From: Vezdaea acicularis | Lineage: Eukaryota | DNA: 64,000 nucleotides | Direction: 5' to 3' | Assembly: GCA_026025075.1 (NCBI GenBank) | Contig: JAPEUI010000020.1 | Coordinates: 124,001-188,000 of the forward strand | Part shown: piece after piece, positions 1-12,273 of the stretch | Numbering within the stretch: position 1 is the first letter of the stretch | Layout of the letters: each line of letters starts with the position of its first letter | Program-made: the position numbers and the translations under genes | The notes under the pieces: generated by a model | The model's database searches: none | What the model saw: the letters and a program-made list of their open reading frames with translations, nothing else | What the model was told of the DNA's origin: nothing

Positions 1-522
1 ACCTCGGGCTCAGAATCCGAGTCTAAGTGTTTAGATGTAGTTCGCCTACTGCCAAGGATTTGGGTTTGGGTGTCTTCAGATACGGATCAGCGATGGCATG
101 TATTTCTAGCCTTGTATTGGATCCGCATCATTAAAGCTTCCTACCGTCGTAATGGACACGTCTTTCAATCGAGTGAGTTTTTTTCAAAGCGCCCGAAGCC
201 TCGGATGTAAAGTACATCTGCAATCGATCATCTCACATGAAAATCGGTGTCGCCGGGTCAGGGGTAGTTAGTTTCACTTCTACTTCAGAATGACGCATGC
301 TAGATCTAGGCCGGTTCTGGCCGACATTCGTGAGTCTGCATGTGTGACGCAGCGGGCAAACACTGTCCCAAGCATTTAATTGCGCAAATGATCATGTTAC
401 TACATATACATACGTGTGAGGGTCCAGAAAGGAGGGGGATGGGGACGTGAGGGTATAAATCGGGCGATGGGCCGACACCGACTATTCTTCACCTTCTCCA
501 AGAAGGAGAAAGCTGTGCATGC

Positions 523-955
523 ATGATGAAGCTATTCATCTGGCTCTATACTTTCGTCGTAGTTGGGGTAGCGGCACCAGGCAGGATGAATTTGGTATGT
601 ACGGCATCCTGCGACAGGAAATTGCCGCAGAGTGGACTGATATCTGACGGCTTCCCAGTACGAGGTTGAGTGCGAAATTCTCTTGGAGGACCGCAGGGTT
701 AGTCTATACCCAGAGTTCCTATTTGGCGAGTTGGACTGCTCGGAGCAAGGTCATATAGTATTCGATCGACACTCAACTTTCCACACTTCCTACGTAGCAC
801 CAGCGCGTGGCAATACAATCACGTGCCGTTGCAAGGGCAAGGACTTCTGGAATCCAAGGCCTAGACACAGGGGTAAAGACGAAGATACCACGGCGTACCG
901 TCGAAGGTTCAGAGAGTGGATGATCACCGAACTGATTCCCAAGGATGGCGGTTAG
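523..955 (+). CDS. Small secreted Cys-containing protein A (about 122 aa; exons 523-594, 659-955)
   Basis: TATAAAT at about 454. ATG then hydrophobic signal-like MMKLFIWLYTFVVVGVAAPG. Phase-0 intron GTATGT(595)...CTGAC...CAG(658) joins in frame to ORF 683-955. Has a paralog immediately downstream. Confidence 0.75.
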
Positions 956-1151
956 GCGTAATTCTGGTCCATTCTCGAAAGAGCTGAAAGCTAGCATGGG
1001 GATGCATTGTGATCTTCCCCCAAATAATAGCGCAAAGAATCGTGAAGGAGCGGAAGGATGAGGTGACAAAACCCGGGTTCGCGGAGGGATATATATGTAC
1101 GATACCTACGACTCTGTTCATATTGCTTTTTCCAAGTGCTGCAAGTACGTC

Positions 1152-1568
1152 ATGAAGGCTCTTCCATGGCTGGCCATGATTGTCGCCACTGCCGCAGCTC
1201 TGCCTTTCAATCTTGTATGCCAAGCTCTCTTTAAGGTCGAGGTATCGACCTGATGCTCTATCGACTGACATGTGAGAATCACGCAGTACGAACCGCAATG
1301 TGAGCACCTCTCAGGACGACTCGGCGGCATCCGCTTTCATCCATCTGCCGTTGCGGAAATCGAATGCACGTATGAAGGGCAGCTCGTATACAGGAATCGC
1401 GAGCTGCGTCGCCAGTGTACAATAATTCACAGTCGAATGGGCCATTTGATATGCCGGTGTCTTGGGAGAGATATCTGGGACCCGCCAAATGAGCGAAGTC
1501 AAGACTGGATTGTTAGTAAATTGGCCATCACCCACGCTCGACACAGGTCCATGGGCGTTGGAGGATGA
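1152..1568 (+). CDS. Small secreted Cys-containing protein B (about 114 aa; exons 1152-1214, 1287-1568), paralog of A
   Basis: Signal-like MKALPWLAMIVATAAALP. Phase-0 intron GTATGC(1215)...CTGAC...CAG(1286) is in frame with ORF 1272-1568. Same NL|YE splice junction and CRCxGxDxWxP motif as gene A. Confidence 0.75.
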
Positions 1569-1783
1569 AGAGATATGAGATCCAGAAAAGCTGGAACATT
1601 TGGGAGGGTGCTTCGCGGGGCCACCAATCCTCTGTAATAATAGCAGCTGATGTTTAGAGAAGCCTTGCAGGCTGAGGTCGAATGCAAATCAAGGTTACGT
1701 GAAGAGATTTAGTGGGCAACCGCAAAACCGCATAGAAAGCGAGCTTTCAGGAACCCTTAATCGATACAAGAAAAGTGCATGAT

Positions 1784-2175
1784 CACGTGGAAGCTCGTGA
1801 TTTTTCCAGCTGAGCGCTCCCGTGCGTGCCGCAGCGGCCCCCCCTGGCGGCGGCGCAAAGGGAAGGTAGTCGCACTGTAAAAAGTCATAAGTCACGTGGT
1901 AGCAAGGAAAAAGCACGTGGGGTTGAGATTTTCGTGTTGCGGTAGTCACGGTCAAGATGAGGGCATTTTGATCTTGGATCGCAAGCCCCCTCGCCAGGGA
2001 GCCGTGGTGTTCGATGAGGGGAGGATCGTGATGCGGAAAGTCAGGCCCACGTGATTTGAAAGCAGAAGCACGTGAAAATGAGGAATTTTGTGTTGCGTTC
2101 TCGGAGGAGCGATCTTCCTTTGAATACGCTCCACTGACGCCGTCAGAAGGCACGGGAAAAGCAACCGATCACGTG
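1784..2175. promoter_or_regulatory. Cluster of six CACGTG E-boxes (bHLH sites, Pho4/Cbf1/SREBP type)
   Basis: CACGTG at 1784, 1893, 1914, 2048, 2069 and 2170, plus near matches (CTCGTG, TCACGG). Confidence 0.55.
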
Positions 2176-4344
2176 CAGAGGCGTGATGTTCCACTCGCAC
2201 GTTCTAATATGCTGTCCGCACGGCGTCGCCCGAGCAACTTTCCAGCAAATGCAATGTTTAATACGGGGCACGGTGCAAGCAGCGGACGGGCGAGGCCCGA
2301 TGCTGCTTTCGGAAAAGCCAGCTGACGACGAATGTCCCTCAAGACAAGCCCGCCCACCGCCAACAAAGCAGATAATGCCTCTCGCTACAGTCATCACGAG
2401 CAACCGGACGGTCCGTTCCAGTCGTGGCTTCGATATTACGCGGCATCGAGTTCGTCGGGCGAGGATGCAGATGCCGGGTTGCGGCTGTATTGGCCGAGGC
2501 ACGCAGCCGAATGAGGTGGTTGAGGCGGAAGGGCATGAAAAAGGACAGTTGGCCTCCTTCTCTGTATCAAAACACCTTCACGATCTCGCGCCAGTCCGCG
2601 TCCAGGCCAGCGCAATCGATAAGTCCGCCAATCGATACCTGATACACAACTTTGTATCGCTCCCACCGGCCGCGATCACAGCGGGCGCCGGTTCTCGTCA
2701 CGTTTTCTTGGATTCCCCCCCGGTCTGTTTGCACTGCACCCAATGAGTGGATCAGACGTTGCAGGAGCTCATTTCGCTTCGGCGGCAGGCCCCTGACTAG
2801 CGTAGGCTAGCGCGCTCGACGGCTGTTTCAGGGGCCAGGAACAGGAAAGGGCCGGAACCAATGACGCCGCCGAGCCCGCCACCGTCCGACGCGGCGGGTG
2901 CGCGAAGAGTCGCTCCTGCAATCAACAGCATCGCGGGGCAGGAAGGAGCGAGTGACGAGTGACGCAGACAGATGTGGGCAAGCCACCGGATTGGAAGTCA
3001 CTCGAAATCACGCGAAGGCCGCGCGGAGTCGCGAGACCGCCCACTTCTCGCATCGTCGTCGTCCGGTCTGGTCTCAGTTCTCAGCAGCGGTAGCCGTCTG
3101 CCAGATGAGTTGCGCGACGCCAGGGATGTCCTGATACGCGCGACTCGAGTCAATGGGCGCAAGAGACACGATGGCGCATCGCCCTGAGCGAGCTGCCAGA
3201 TGGACAGAAGACTTTCTTCCAAGGTATCGCCGTTATTGCGTGCGACTGCGTTGGAACCATTCAGGCGTGGCCAGATCGCCCGGGACCGGCCCTCTGGCTG
3301 CGTAGGGCTCCAATCAACTCCCTTTTGGCACTAAGCCACGGCTACACTATCTGGCTGTGTTGGCCTATCCCGCCCGCGCGCAGAAAAATACGATGCCCCT
3401 CGCATTCGTGCGCACCCGTCCGCGCTCCCCCAGGGCGCTGGGACCATCGCCTTTTATTGTGACCCCCCCCCCGTAACGCTTTGAGGATTTTTCCCTCTCT
3501 CGTACATTTCTGCACCTCGAAGCCTTTGCGTTTGTGTTGCGCTCCGAAGACGGTCGTACTGTTCTGGAACGGTACCCTCTTGTTCACTCCTTACATTATT
3601 GATTACGCAAAGTACCTCATTTTTCACCACACGGACTTCCCACTCCCCACTCCCCAATCCCCCGAAACCCTCGACCCCGACAAGCCCTCACCTCAAGTGT
3701 CGCTGCAAAACAGAAGCATCAGGAACATTTTGACGGCAGTCGGACTCGACGAGCCCAACACGACGACTCCCCCTCGGTGGGCGAACACGAATTATTGAGA
3801 CTTTGCGAACACACTCCTTCCGCGTCAGCGACTGCGACAACTCGCTGGAAAACACATTCCTTAGCTTTTGCGCACTGCGTGTTGCATTCCAGAACGACAT
3901 CTACCGGCCCGGCGCATTCCAAATTGCTGCTCCGACAACAGACGACACAGCCAACTTGCCAACGACAAACAATCAGACAGCAGAGAAACCTGTACGTACG
4001 CCTCCCCTCTTCCCCTCCAGCCTTCCCCTCCAGCTCTTCACTCTTCTTATTCATTTGGTGTCTCGTGCGCGCACCAGACCATATTTCTCTGGAAATACCT
4101 CTCTTTCAATTTCCGAGATCCTCCTTCATTTACCTTCCCTTACCTTCCTTCCCCACCCACGCTCACTCTCACTTCGCTCTCCGATCGCATCTTGAAACAG
4201 TCCGAGCAATCGCGCAATCTTGTGGCTAACTCCGCTGGCTCGGAAACAGTGAATTGCTCGTCACCACGCTCCTTTTTGTCGGTCGTCAATCTTCGAAGCA
4301 TTACGGGCATTCGTTGCTAGATTTCGAGAATCTATCCCTTCACG

Positions 4345-5567
4345 ATGAAGACCGGCCTGCTCTCGGTAGCGGCCCTTTCTCTTCTCCAGCTTGTCGCAGC
4401 GCAGCCTCATGGTGAGTCTCCTGTTGCGTGTTGCGTGTGGAAAACGGGGGATTAGAGACTGACGACTATGCAGCGAGACGTCACATTCACCCGCGAGGCA
4501 AGGTCCCTGAGCAGGATGTCTACGTCTATGTCAATCAGTTCGGATCGACTCTGTCTGTAGTCACCTCCACCATCCCAGCCGACGTTGCGACTCCTCCGCC
4601 GGCAGCGGCTACTCCTGCTCCAGCGCCAACTACATCCTCTTCAAGCTCGTCTGCTCCCGCCCCAGCTGCCTTTTACGCAAGTAGCTCCAGCTCCGTCGCT
4701 ACGACCGCGAGCGCGGCCTCTTCCGCAAAGCCTTCTCCCTCTGCATCCGCATCCGCATCGAGTGGCTCCAGCTCTGGTGGCTCCGGTGGCGGTGGGATCA
4801 CGTACTCGCCTCTCACCGCCAGCGGCCAGTGCAAGTCCTCGGGTGAGATCAACAGCGACATTGCCGGTATGAGCGGCTACGGCATCGTGCGCATCTACGA
4901 CACGAGCTGCCTCCAGGACGTCTTTACCGCCGCCAAGACGAACGGCAAGAAGCTCTTCGCTGGCATCAACATCGACCCGGGCACCATCAGCAACTGGCAG
5001 AAGGACGCCGACGCGCTCGCCGCCGTCTTCAAGCAGGACTGGTCCATCATCGACACCATCGCCGTTGGCAACGAAGTCGTCCAGCGCGGCGGCGACCCCG
5101 GCTCCCTCGCCAGCGCTGTCAAGAGCGCCAAGAGCCACCTCTCGAGCCTGGGCTACTCCGGCTCCGTCGTCACCGTCGACACCGTCTGGAACATCCTCGC
5201 CAACCCCGTCCTCTGCCAAAGCTCCGACTACGTCGCCGGCAACTGCCACCCCTTCTTCGACCCGCACGCGACGGCCGAGGGCGCCGGCGACTTCGTCAAG
5301 ACGCAGGCGGCGCCCCTGAGCGCGGCCTGCGGCGGCAAGCGCGTCGTCATCACCGAGACGGGCTGGCCCTGGAACGGCCAGAGCCATGATAATGCCCAGG
5401 TCAGCGTCCAGGCGCAGACGGCCGCCATCTCGAGCTTGAAGGCCGCCTTCCCGGATCCGTCCAGTCTTTTCCTCTTCTCCAGCTACGATGAGCTGTGGAA
5501 GGTCGATAATGCGGGCACGCATGGCGCGGAGAAGTTTTGGGGCTTCTTGAGCCATGCTACCTCCTAG
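4345..5567 (+). CDS. Secreted GH17 cell-wall glucanase/glucanosyltransferase (Scw4/Scw11/BtgE-like)
   Basis: Signal peptide MKTGLLSVAALSLLQLVAAQPH; intron 4412-4473; Ser/Ala-rich linker; GH17 motifs GITYSP, VRIY, IAVGNE, NCHPFFD, ITETGWP, EKFWG. Probable 5'UTR intron 3992-4249. Confidence 0.9.
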
Positions 5568-6364
5568 AGCGGTTGCTTTTCGGAGCACGGCCGTTTGACC
5601 CTTTGAGTTTCTTGGGATAATACTCTGCGGGCGTGGTTCGGCTTGTGCTGCTTCTGCTCCCGCTGCTTATCTTCATTACGATATCCTGACTGGGTCAAGA
5701 GCTGTTGGAAGGAGGGAGCTTGGATCACGCTCTCTACGAGTTGGATTCAAGGGAGGCGGGTAGCGGGAGAGGGGCGGAGCAGAGATGGCTAGCCATGGCG
5801 ACTTGTGCCGTGCACATACGAATCTGCGCTTTTCGTGTCTTTGTGCGTGTGTGGAGAGATTTCGGATTCGCTGTATATATGTTACTATTCCCCCTTGCTG
5901 GGCCTCTCGCTCTTTTCTTCCGAGCTTGCCCCGATGAAAACGACGATAGCATGGACGGATGGATGGATAGATGGATGAGTTAGCTCTAAACGAATACGTT
6001 TGATAAAAGTTGTTGCGAATCGCGTGTGACCTTCTTCACAAGTTTGTCAAGCGAGTATGGCGAAAAATCACTGGTGTTGGCTCGGATATGAGAGTCAGAT
6101 AAAGGAGATGGGTATAGTGTATAGTGCGGATATATTCCCGATATGCACCCACTTTACTCACCAGCACAGCTCATCCCTAAGACCATGCACGTGCTCATCC
6201 AACACGCGCATTCACATGCCATCCCCTCCTCCACAATCCCTCCCTTGCTCCTTCCCCTCGCCCAAGACCCTCACCCACTAGGCCGCGGTGGCGCTTTCCC
6301 CATCCGTCCGGTTTCGCGCTAGGGCCCCTGGGGCTAAACCTGGTTTGGACAAGGAGGAGAATGT

Positions 6365-6413
6365 GGCTGGGAAGGCTAGGGAAAGGCTAGGGAAGGCTAG
6401 GGGGGTGAGGGGA
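6365..6413 (+). repeat. Short tandem GGCTAGGGAA-like repeat, G-rich
   Basis: ggctgggaa ggctagggaaa ggctagggaa ggctaggggggg. Confidence 0.6.
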
Positions 6414-6943
6414 AAGCTTAGCCCTCACCACGCTCGCACCTAAAAGAAAGAGAAGGGGGATGCTAGATGGAGGATTGATGGCTCGTCTCTTCGCATTGGC
6501 GTTGTACGCAGGGGATTTCGGGGCAGAAGGGCTGGTCGGGGATGGTGGAGAGTTCCGTGGGTTTTGCCGTACGTGATGGGGCTTGGCAAGGTCGAGGTCT
6601 CGGCGCCTCAGACGGGGAAGAAAAGAGAGGGAGAAAGACGACCAGGGGTGGGGCGGAGGCTCCACATCGGCGTCTCGGCCGACGAATCGGCATGGATGCG
6701 GGTTTCCCGGAAATTCTGCACGACTGGGGGGGAGGGGGACGCGTCTCTTTTTTCGGCCCGGCGGCGGAGGGGGCCGGTTGGTTGCTGCTTTGTTTTTGCC
6801 GCCTTTATGTTTCTTGTGTGTACTGTAGCTCTGCAAGGCTGCTTGCTGCTGTGCGGGTTTTTTCTTGGCGGTTGAGACGACGGTGAAGCGGTGGAGGGCG
6901 GGGTGTGTTTCGTTCTATATGCTTCTTGGCGGACCGCTGCTTT

Positions 6944-6999
6944 TGTTGCTGCGGCTGCTGCTGCTGCTTCTGCTGCTGCTGCTGTTTCTTCCTGCTGCT
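6944..6999 (+). repeat. Imperfect (CTG)n microsatellite
   Basis: tgttgctgcggctgctgctgctgcttctgctgctgctgctg in the non-coding region upstream of the GT34 gene. Confidence 0.7.
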
Positions 7000-7560
7000 G
7001 CACCTTTCTTGCACCTCACGCCCCTCTTTCCCTTTCTTCCGTTCCTTCTTTGCATCGGGTTTTTTCCCTACCTCACGCTGTTCCCTTTCCCTCCCCTTCA
7101 CTCCTTCGACGACGTTGTTTCGTGTTCGAGGACTCTCTCCTTGTTGCGTCATAGCCCGTTTCATCTGCCTTTCGTCTCGACAGTGCTGCGTGTGTGTGGG
7201 TGTTCGTGGCTGTTCCCATCTACGCAGGGAGTTCAGGACGGTCGGTGCTCGCAATCTTTTGGGCTTTCTCGACTGCTACTATTTTGTCGAATGCTACACC
7301 GTCCGCTGCTGGATCAGAGCTCCTGCTACTGCTACTGCCACCGCTGCTGCGAGGAGCCGGTGGCGTCCATTCTTTCATCCACGTCCCTAGCCGGGCTGAC
7401 TCGTGGACACGACAATAACACCCTACCGTACGACGCGACCGGGTCTTGATGACTGCCAGCGCTCTTGCTTTCTCTCACTTTACCTTTTCCTTTTCTTTTC
7501 TCTTTCCTCCTTCATCCTCCGCGTAATCGTCCTCGATATTTCACATCCTTGCCGACCATC

Positions 7561-8796
7561 ATGATCTCAGCCAAACCAACCAGCCTCCGCACCCTCGCTC
7601 TCGCCCTCTTCACCATCTTCACGACTTTCTATCTCCTCCGCCAACCACTCCCTGGCCGCCATCCTACCGCCCTCTCCCTCACTCCCGCCCTCACGCACTC
7701 CCAACATCCATCTACACCGCATGGCTCGACACATCGTGGCAGCACCAAGCCTCCCTCCATCGCGAAGGTGTCTATGCTCTATGGCGAACACAACGAACAC
7801 TATGACCTGTACAGCCAGGCGGTGGATACGCATATACGGCATGCCGAGCGGCATGGCTATCCCGTTTATGTGCTGCGCAAGGGCATCATGCAGGACAACG
7901 GGTATTGGAATAAACCGGCGTATATGCTCGCTCTGGTCATCCAAGAGCTAGCGAAGCCAGAAGACGAGCGTGTCGAGTGGTTGATGTGAGTGTCCCCTCT
8001 CTCTGAAGATACCTCTCCTCCATCACCAAAAGAAAATCTACAGCATGTCCCTACGGCCTACTGGCACGGTACAACCGTTACAGAACATCTCAGCTTACAG
8101 TCCTCACACAGGTGGTTTGATGCCGACTCGGTCATCCTTAACCCCGCTCTCCCCTTATCCATCTTCCTTCCTCCCGCCAGCATGTCCCACATCCATTTCC
8201 TCGCCACCAAAGATCACAACGGCTTGAACAGCGGGATGTTCTTCATCCGCGTTGACCCATGGTCCATCGACTTCTTGACACAAACCATCGCCTTCCCCTC
8301 CTATAATCCTGGCCTCGACCTCGGCGTCTCCATGGACCAGATGGCCATGTCCTATCTGCTCAACAACTCGTATTTTGAAGAACATGCACTCTTCATGCCG
8401 CGCCCTTGGTTCAATGCGTATGAATTCCACCACGGCTTCGAGGGCCATCAGGGCGACCTGCTCGTGCATTTCCCCGGGCTTGAAGCGGATAGATGGGACC
8501 ACATGCGGGGTTGGATCCAGGTCGTGGGAGATCGCCGGAAGAAGAAGGCGTGGGAGGTGCAGCCTAGCAACACGGAGTACCCGAGCAAGGTGGTGGCATA
8601 TTGGAGCATGATCCGCGATGCATACGCAGTAGTAAGGGAGGCGGAGCTGAGGCTGGAGAGTATGCCGGGGAGTGCGGCAAGGCATGACTTTCTGAACAGG
8701 GTGGAGGGGCTGAGGAGGGCGATTGCAAGGGAGGCAGATCGGGAGGCCGCTGTCTGGGAGGGCTTGACGGCCGTGAGGGAGGGACTTGACATGTGA
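7561..8796 (+). CDS. Glycosyltransferase family 34 (GMA12/MNN10-like), type II membrane protein
   Basis: N-terminal TM segment; motifs HAERHGY, WNKPAY, EWLM|WFDAD, LNSGMFFIRV, DQ, WFNAY, LVHFPG. Intron 7986-8111. Confidence 0.88.
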
Positions 8797-9361
8797 GGTG
8801 ACTATTGGTCGCATACCCCGCTGGATCTGATTAGCATTTTTTGCGAGGAAGGGCTCGCAGGTGATTGTGTTTTCTTTTGGCAGACGCCACGTCTCTTTTG
8901 TCGAGCCTTGCATCCGTGACTCAACGGCTTTGGCGTTTGAGCGGGATGGATTCACTTGTGTCTACCCTAAAAAAGGGGGAATTTAGACGGGGACGCATAT
9001 CTAGCGGCGCGCAATGCGAAGGGAAAGCTCGCGTGTGAAGGGACTTCATGAGATCTTACATTTTGTGATGCATTCAAAGCATGCTCAAGTACCTTTCCTA
9101 ATGAGTGAACTTGATTTGGTGAAGGGAGGGGAAACCGTAAATTTTGTGTCATTCCGGTGTAGCAGTAGAGGGGTGATTTCTTGGCGTGGAGCTGCCCCTC
9201 CGCCGTTGCCCCGCCAACCCGCACGACTGTTTTTCCCTTGCGATCCTGCGAACCCTTTCAACTCACCGACTGGAGCGCCTCGTCGGTATTCATACACGAC
9301 ACTCTTTCGCCACCACGTTCATTCTGAGTAGCTCAGTCCCTACTGCTTTAGACTTGTGAGC

Positions 9362-11933
9362 ATGGCGCGACTCCGTATCGATCCTGAAGACGAGGAGGAG
9401 GAGGAGTTTCCGGCGTTGGAACGCGTTCTCGCGGATGGCATGAAAGGGAATGCGAAAGTCAAAACGGGAGCGGGGAGTAATGACCGGTTCGGCGTTTCTG
9501 GTGGTAAAGGCAAAGAGAATAGAAGTCCGGAGAAGGAGGGTATGGCTGCTTCGCCAAGGAAGAGGTTGGTTCGCGGGACGAGGTCGGATACTACTGTTGC
9601 GACTTTTGACAGCGAGACGGCGCCTTGCGATGGGTGGGCTGACTCACCCGGCAATGATGAGGAAGGGGACCACAGTAAGACGAAACTACGAGCCCGGAGC
9701 GCTTCGCCCCAGAAGAGAAGACTTGTCCGCGGTCTACGGCCTGAGACACCATCGCCAGAGCGACCGAGGCAAGTGACGGCGCCGCAGACGGAAGGGGCGA
9801 GGAAAGCGGGGAGACGGCTGGTTGGGAGGCGGCCGCTGGGAGTGGTGGGGGATAATTCCCTGCTACTTCCTCTGGGCAAGGAGCAGCGAAAGGATCTGGC
9901 AAAGGAAGATGGAGAGAAGACGAGCCAGTTTGAACGGAGGGCGGTAAGAGCGACACCGAGGAGAGCAGCGGCGGTGGCGAAGGGTGAAGGGGTGAGGTCG
10001 AGGCTGGATGCGTGTTTCTCGCTGACTGAACTGTCGAGTTCGTCTGAGGGTGAAGAGGAGGAGGAAGAGTCGGATGGCATGTCGGACTTTATTGTGGATG
10101 ATGACGAGGTGGAAGAAGCGGCCTCTTCGTCTGAGGAGGAAGTCGAATTGGATGGGAAACATAAAGCCTCAAAGCCGTCGAGAATTAAGTCAAAGGGTAC
10201 AGCGAAACCGTCAAGGGAGAGAAAGACCCATCGACGGCAGCAATCCGAAGAAGCCGATATCTTCCGCTCCATACGGTCTAGAGTAGCTTCGAGTGGGGGT
10301 CAGCGGGCAGATGCAGCGGAACATCGAAACCTGAAGGGAAGCGCGCCCTCTATGAGAATGGGTGATTTGCTGTCGCCGGATCAGCTGTCCTTGGAGGATT
10401 GGAGGACGCCGAAAAAGAAGAGTGATCTGGCTAAAGCAAAGGGGATCGAGTATGGCAACCCCTTCGAGGAGGACCAGGGGCATTTCCTTAAATTGTACGT
10501 CTTCTCTCACCCATGTCGAGCAGCACGACTAACGTCCTAGAAGCTCTCCGCCGAGGTCCAGATCTCCATCCAAGACCCTCCCCCCAGCTCGTCCCTGCAC
10601 ACCGCCGTCCAGCCCGGTGAAATCCAACCCTAAGCTCTCATCTCCAACGAAACTCACCTCTCCCACCAAGCCTCCCCGCATACCCACTTCCCCTCATAGG
10701 CAAAGCACCGACGCCTTCTGGTCCCAAACCCAGCACCACGCCTGGATCGAGACCCACTCACCATCCAAAACCATCCCATTTACGCCCCGCAAGCTCTTTC
10801 CGCCCGACCATCTCTCCAACGCCACTGACCTCGACAGCCTCAGCAGCCCGCTGAAACCCTCGCCTCAAAAGAACAAGGCGGAATTAGCGGCCAAGCGCGC
10901 CTTTGACGCCACTAAACACGCCCTCGCGGCTTCTTTCTTGCAGGAGCTGGATGAGAAGCTGACGGATGGCCAGGTGGGGAGGATGGCGGCTAGTGGTGGT
11001 GGAGTGAGGATTGAATGGAGCAAGAAACTCACCAGTACCGGGGGAAGAGCGCACTGGAGTCGGTCGCTCGAGAAGCCCAGAACAACCTCCTTCACCACCT
11101 CTTCTTCCTCCTCCACCCCCTCCAGTACCAGCACCAGCACTACCGCCAACACCACCCCCCCACCACAGCCCAGCCCCACCAAACCGCACCCGGCCCCACA
11201 AGTCTACAAACATACCGCCTCCATCGAACTCTCCACCAAAATCGTCACCAACCCCCTTCGCCTGCATAACGTCCTCGCCCACGAATTCTGCCACCTCGCC
11301 AACTTCATGATCTCCCACGTCCTCACCTCTCCGCACGGCCCCAGCTTCAAAGCATGGGGTCGTCGCGCGTCCGCCGCTTTTGCGCACTTGGGCGTTGTGG
11401 TCACGACCACGCATGCTTATGAGGTCGAGTACAGGTATCTGTGGCGCTGTACGCGGGACGGCTGTGCAATGGAGTTTGGGAGGCATAGTCGCAGTGTAGA
11501 TCCCAAGAAGCATACTTGTGGGAGGTGTAGAGGACGACTCGTACAGGTCCGGCCGGCGCCCAGGGTGGGTGCAGCTGGTGTTGGTGTTGCGGCTGCGGCT
11601 GGGAAGGGTGGGAGGACTGGGATGCAGGTGGGCTTGACGCCGTATCAGGCCTTTGTGAGGGACTGGTATGCCGTTGTCAAGAAGGAACATCCCCGGGTGC
11701 CGCATGCGGAGGTTATGAGAAGGCTGGGGGAGAGATATCGCGCGTTGAAGGCGGCTGGGGAGGCTGGGGATGAGGTGGGTAGGGCTGCAGAGGAGGGAGA
11801 GGGGGGGGAGGAGGAGGAGGAGGAGATGGATGGTGGTGTTGGTGATGTGGATAGTCTTCCTGATGCGCTTGGGTCCGCTGAAGACGGCTTGGACGGTATG
11901 GCGAGGGAGCTGGGCTGGCTTTCTTTGGACTAA
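9362..11933 (+). CDS. SprT-like metalloprotease domain protein with Zn ribbon and HMG box (GCNA/ACRC-like), long acidic disordered N-terminus
   Basis: WSKKLTSTGGRA, IELSTKI, AHEFCH (HExxH), HGPSFKAW, C..C/CGRC, C-terminal HMG-like YQAFVR...VMRRLGERY. Intron from 10495 to 10540 or 10543. Confidence 0.85.
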
Positions 11934-12273
11934 TTTCTCGTGTTCTGGGTCGAGGTTTTGATTCATTGGGTATGGCGTTCTATGCTAAAGACTATCTACT
12001 ATCTAAACCTGCGACCGAAGACGGACCGAGGACTAGCACTGTTGATCTGTGATCTCTCCCCCCCTTTTTTTTAGTTTCCGATGGCATAAGCCTCTTTGTT
12101 CTTAAAGATCTGTTCCGGTGATTGTCCCACTCGGGTCTAATACCCAAATACCTGTATATCCACCCCCACGCCTCCTCCCACGCTTCGATGATGATATGCC
12201 AAAAAATCATCCAAACCCGCTCGCATCTCCCCAAATCCCACCCCCCATCCCACCCCATCCTTCCCTCACCGCC

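Noticed and set aside
1695..4320. Many overlapping 60-190 aa ORFs on both strands
   Set aside because: No motifs, codon bias or splice structure; consistent with the long GC-rich promoter and 5'UTR of the GH17 gene.
6387..7449. ORFs with poly-L, poly-A, poly-C or poly-Q tracts
   Set aside because: These come from the CTG microsatellite and pyrimidine tracts in upstream non-coding DNA.
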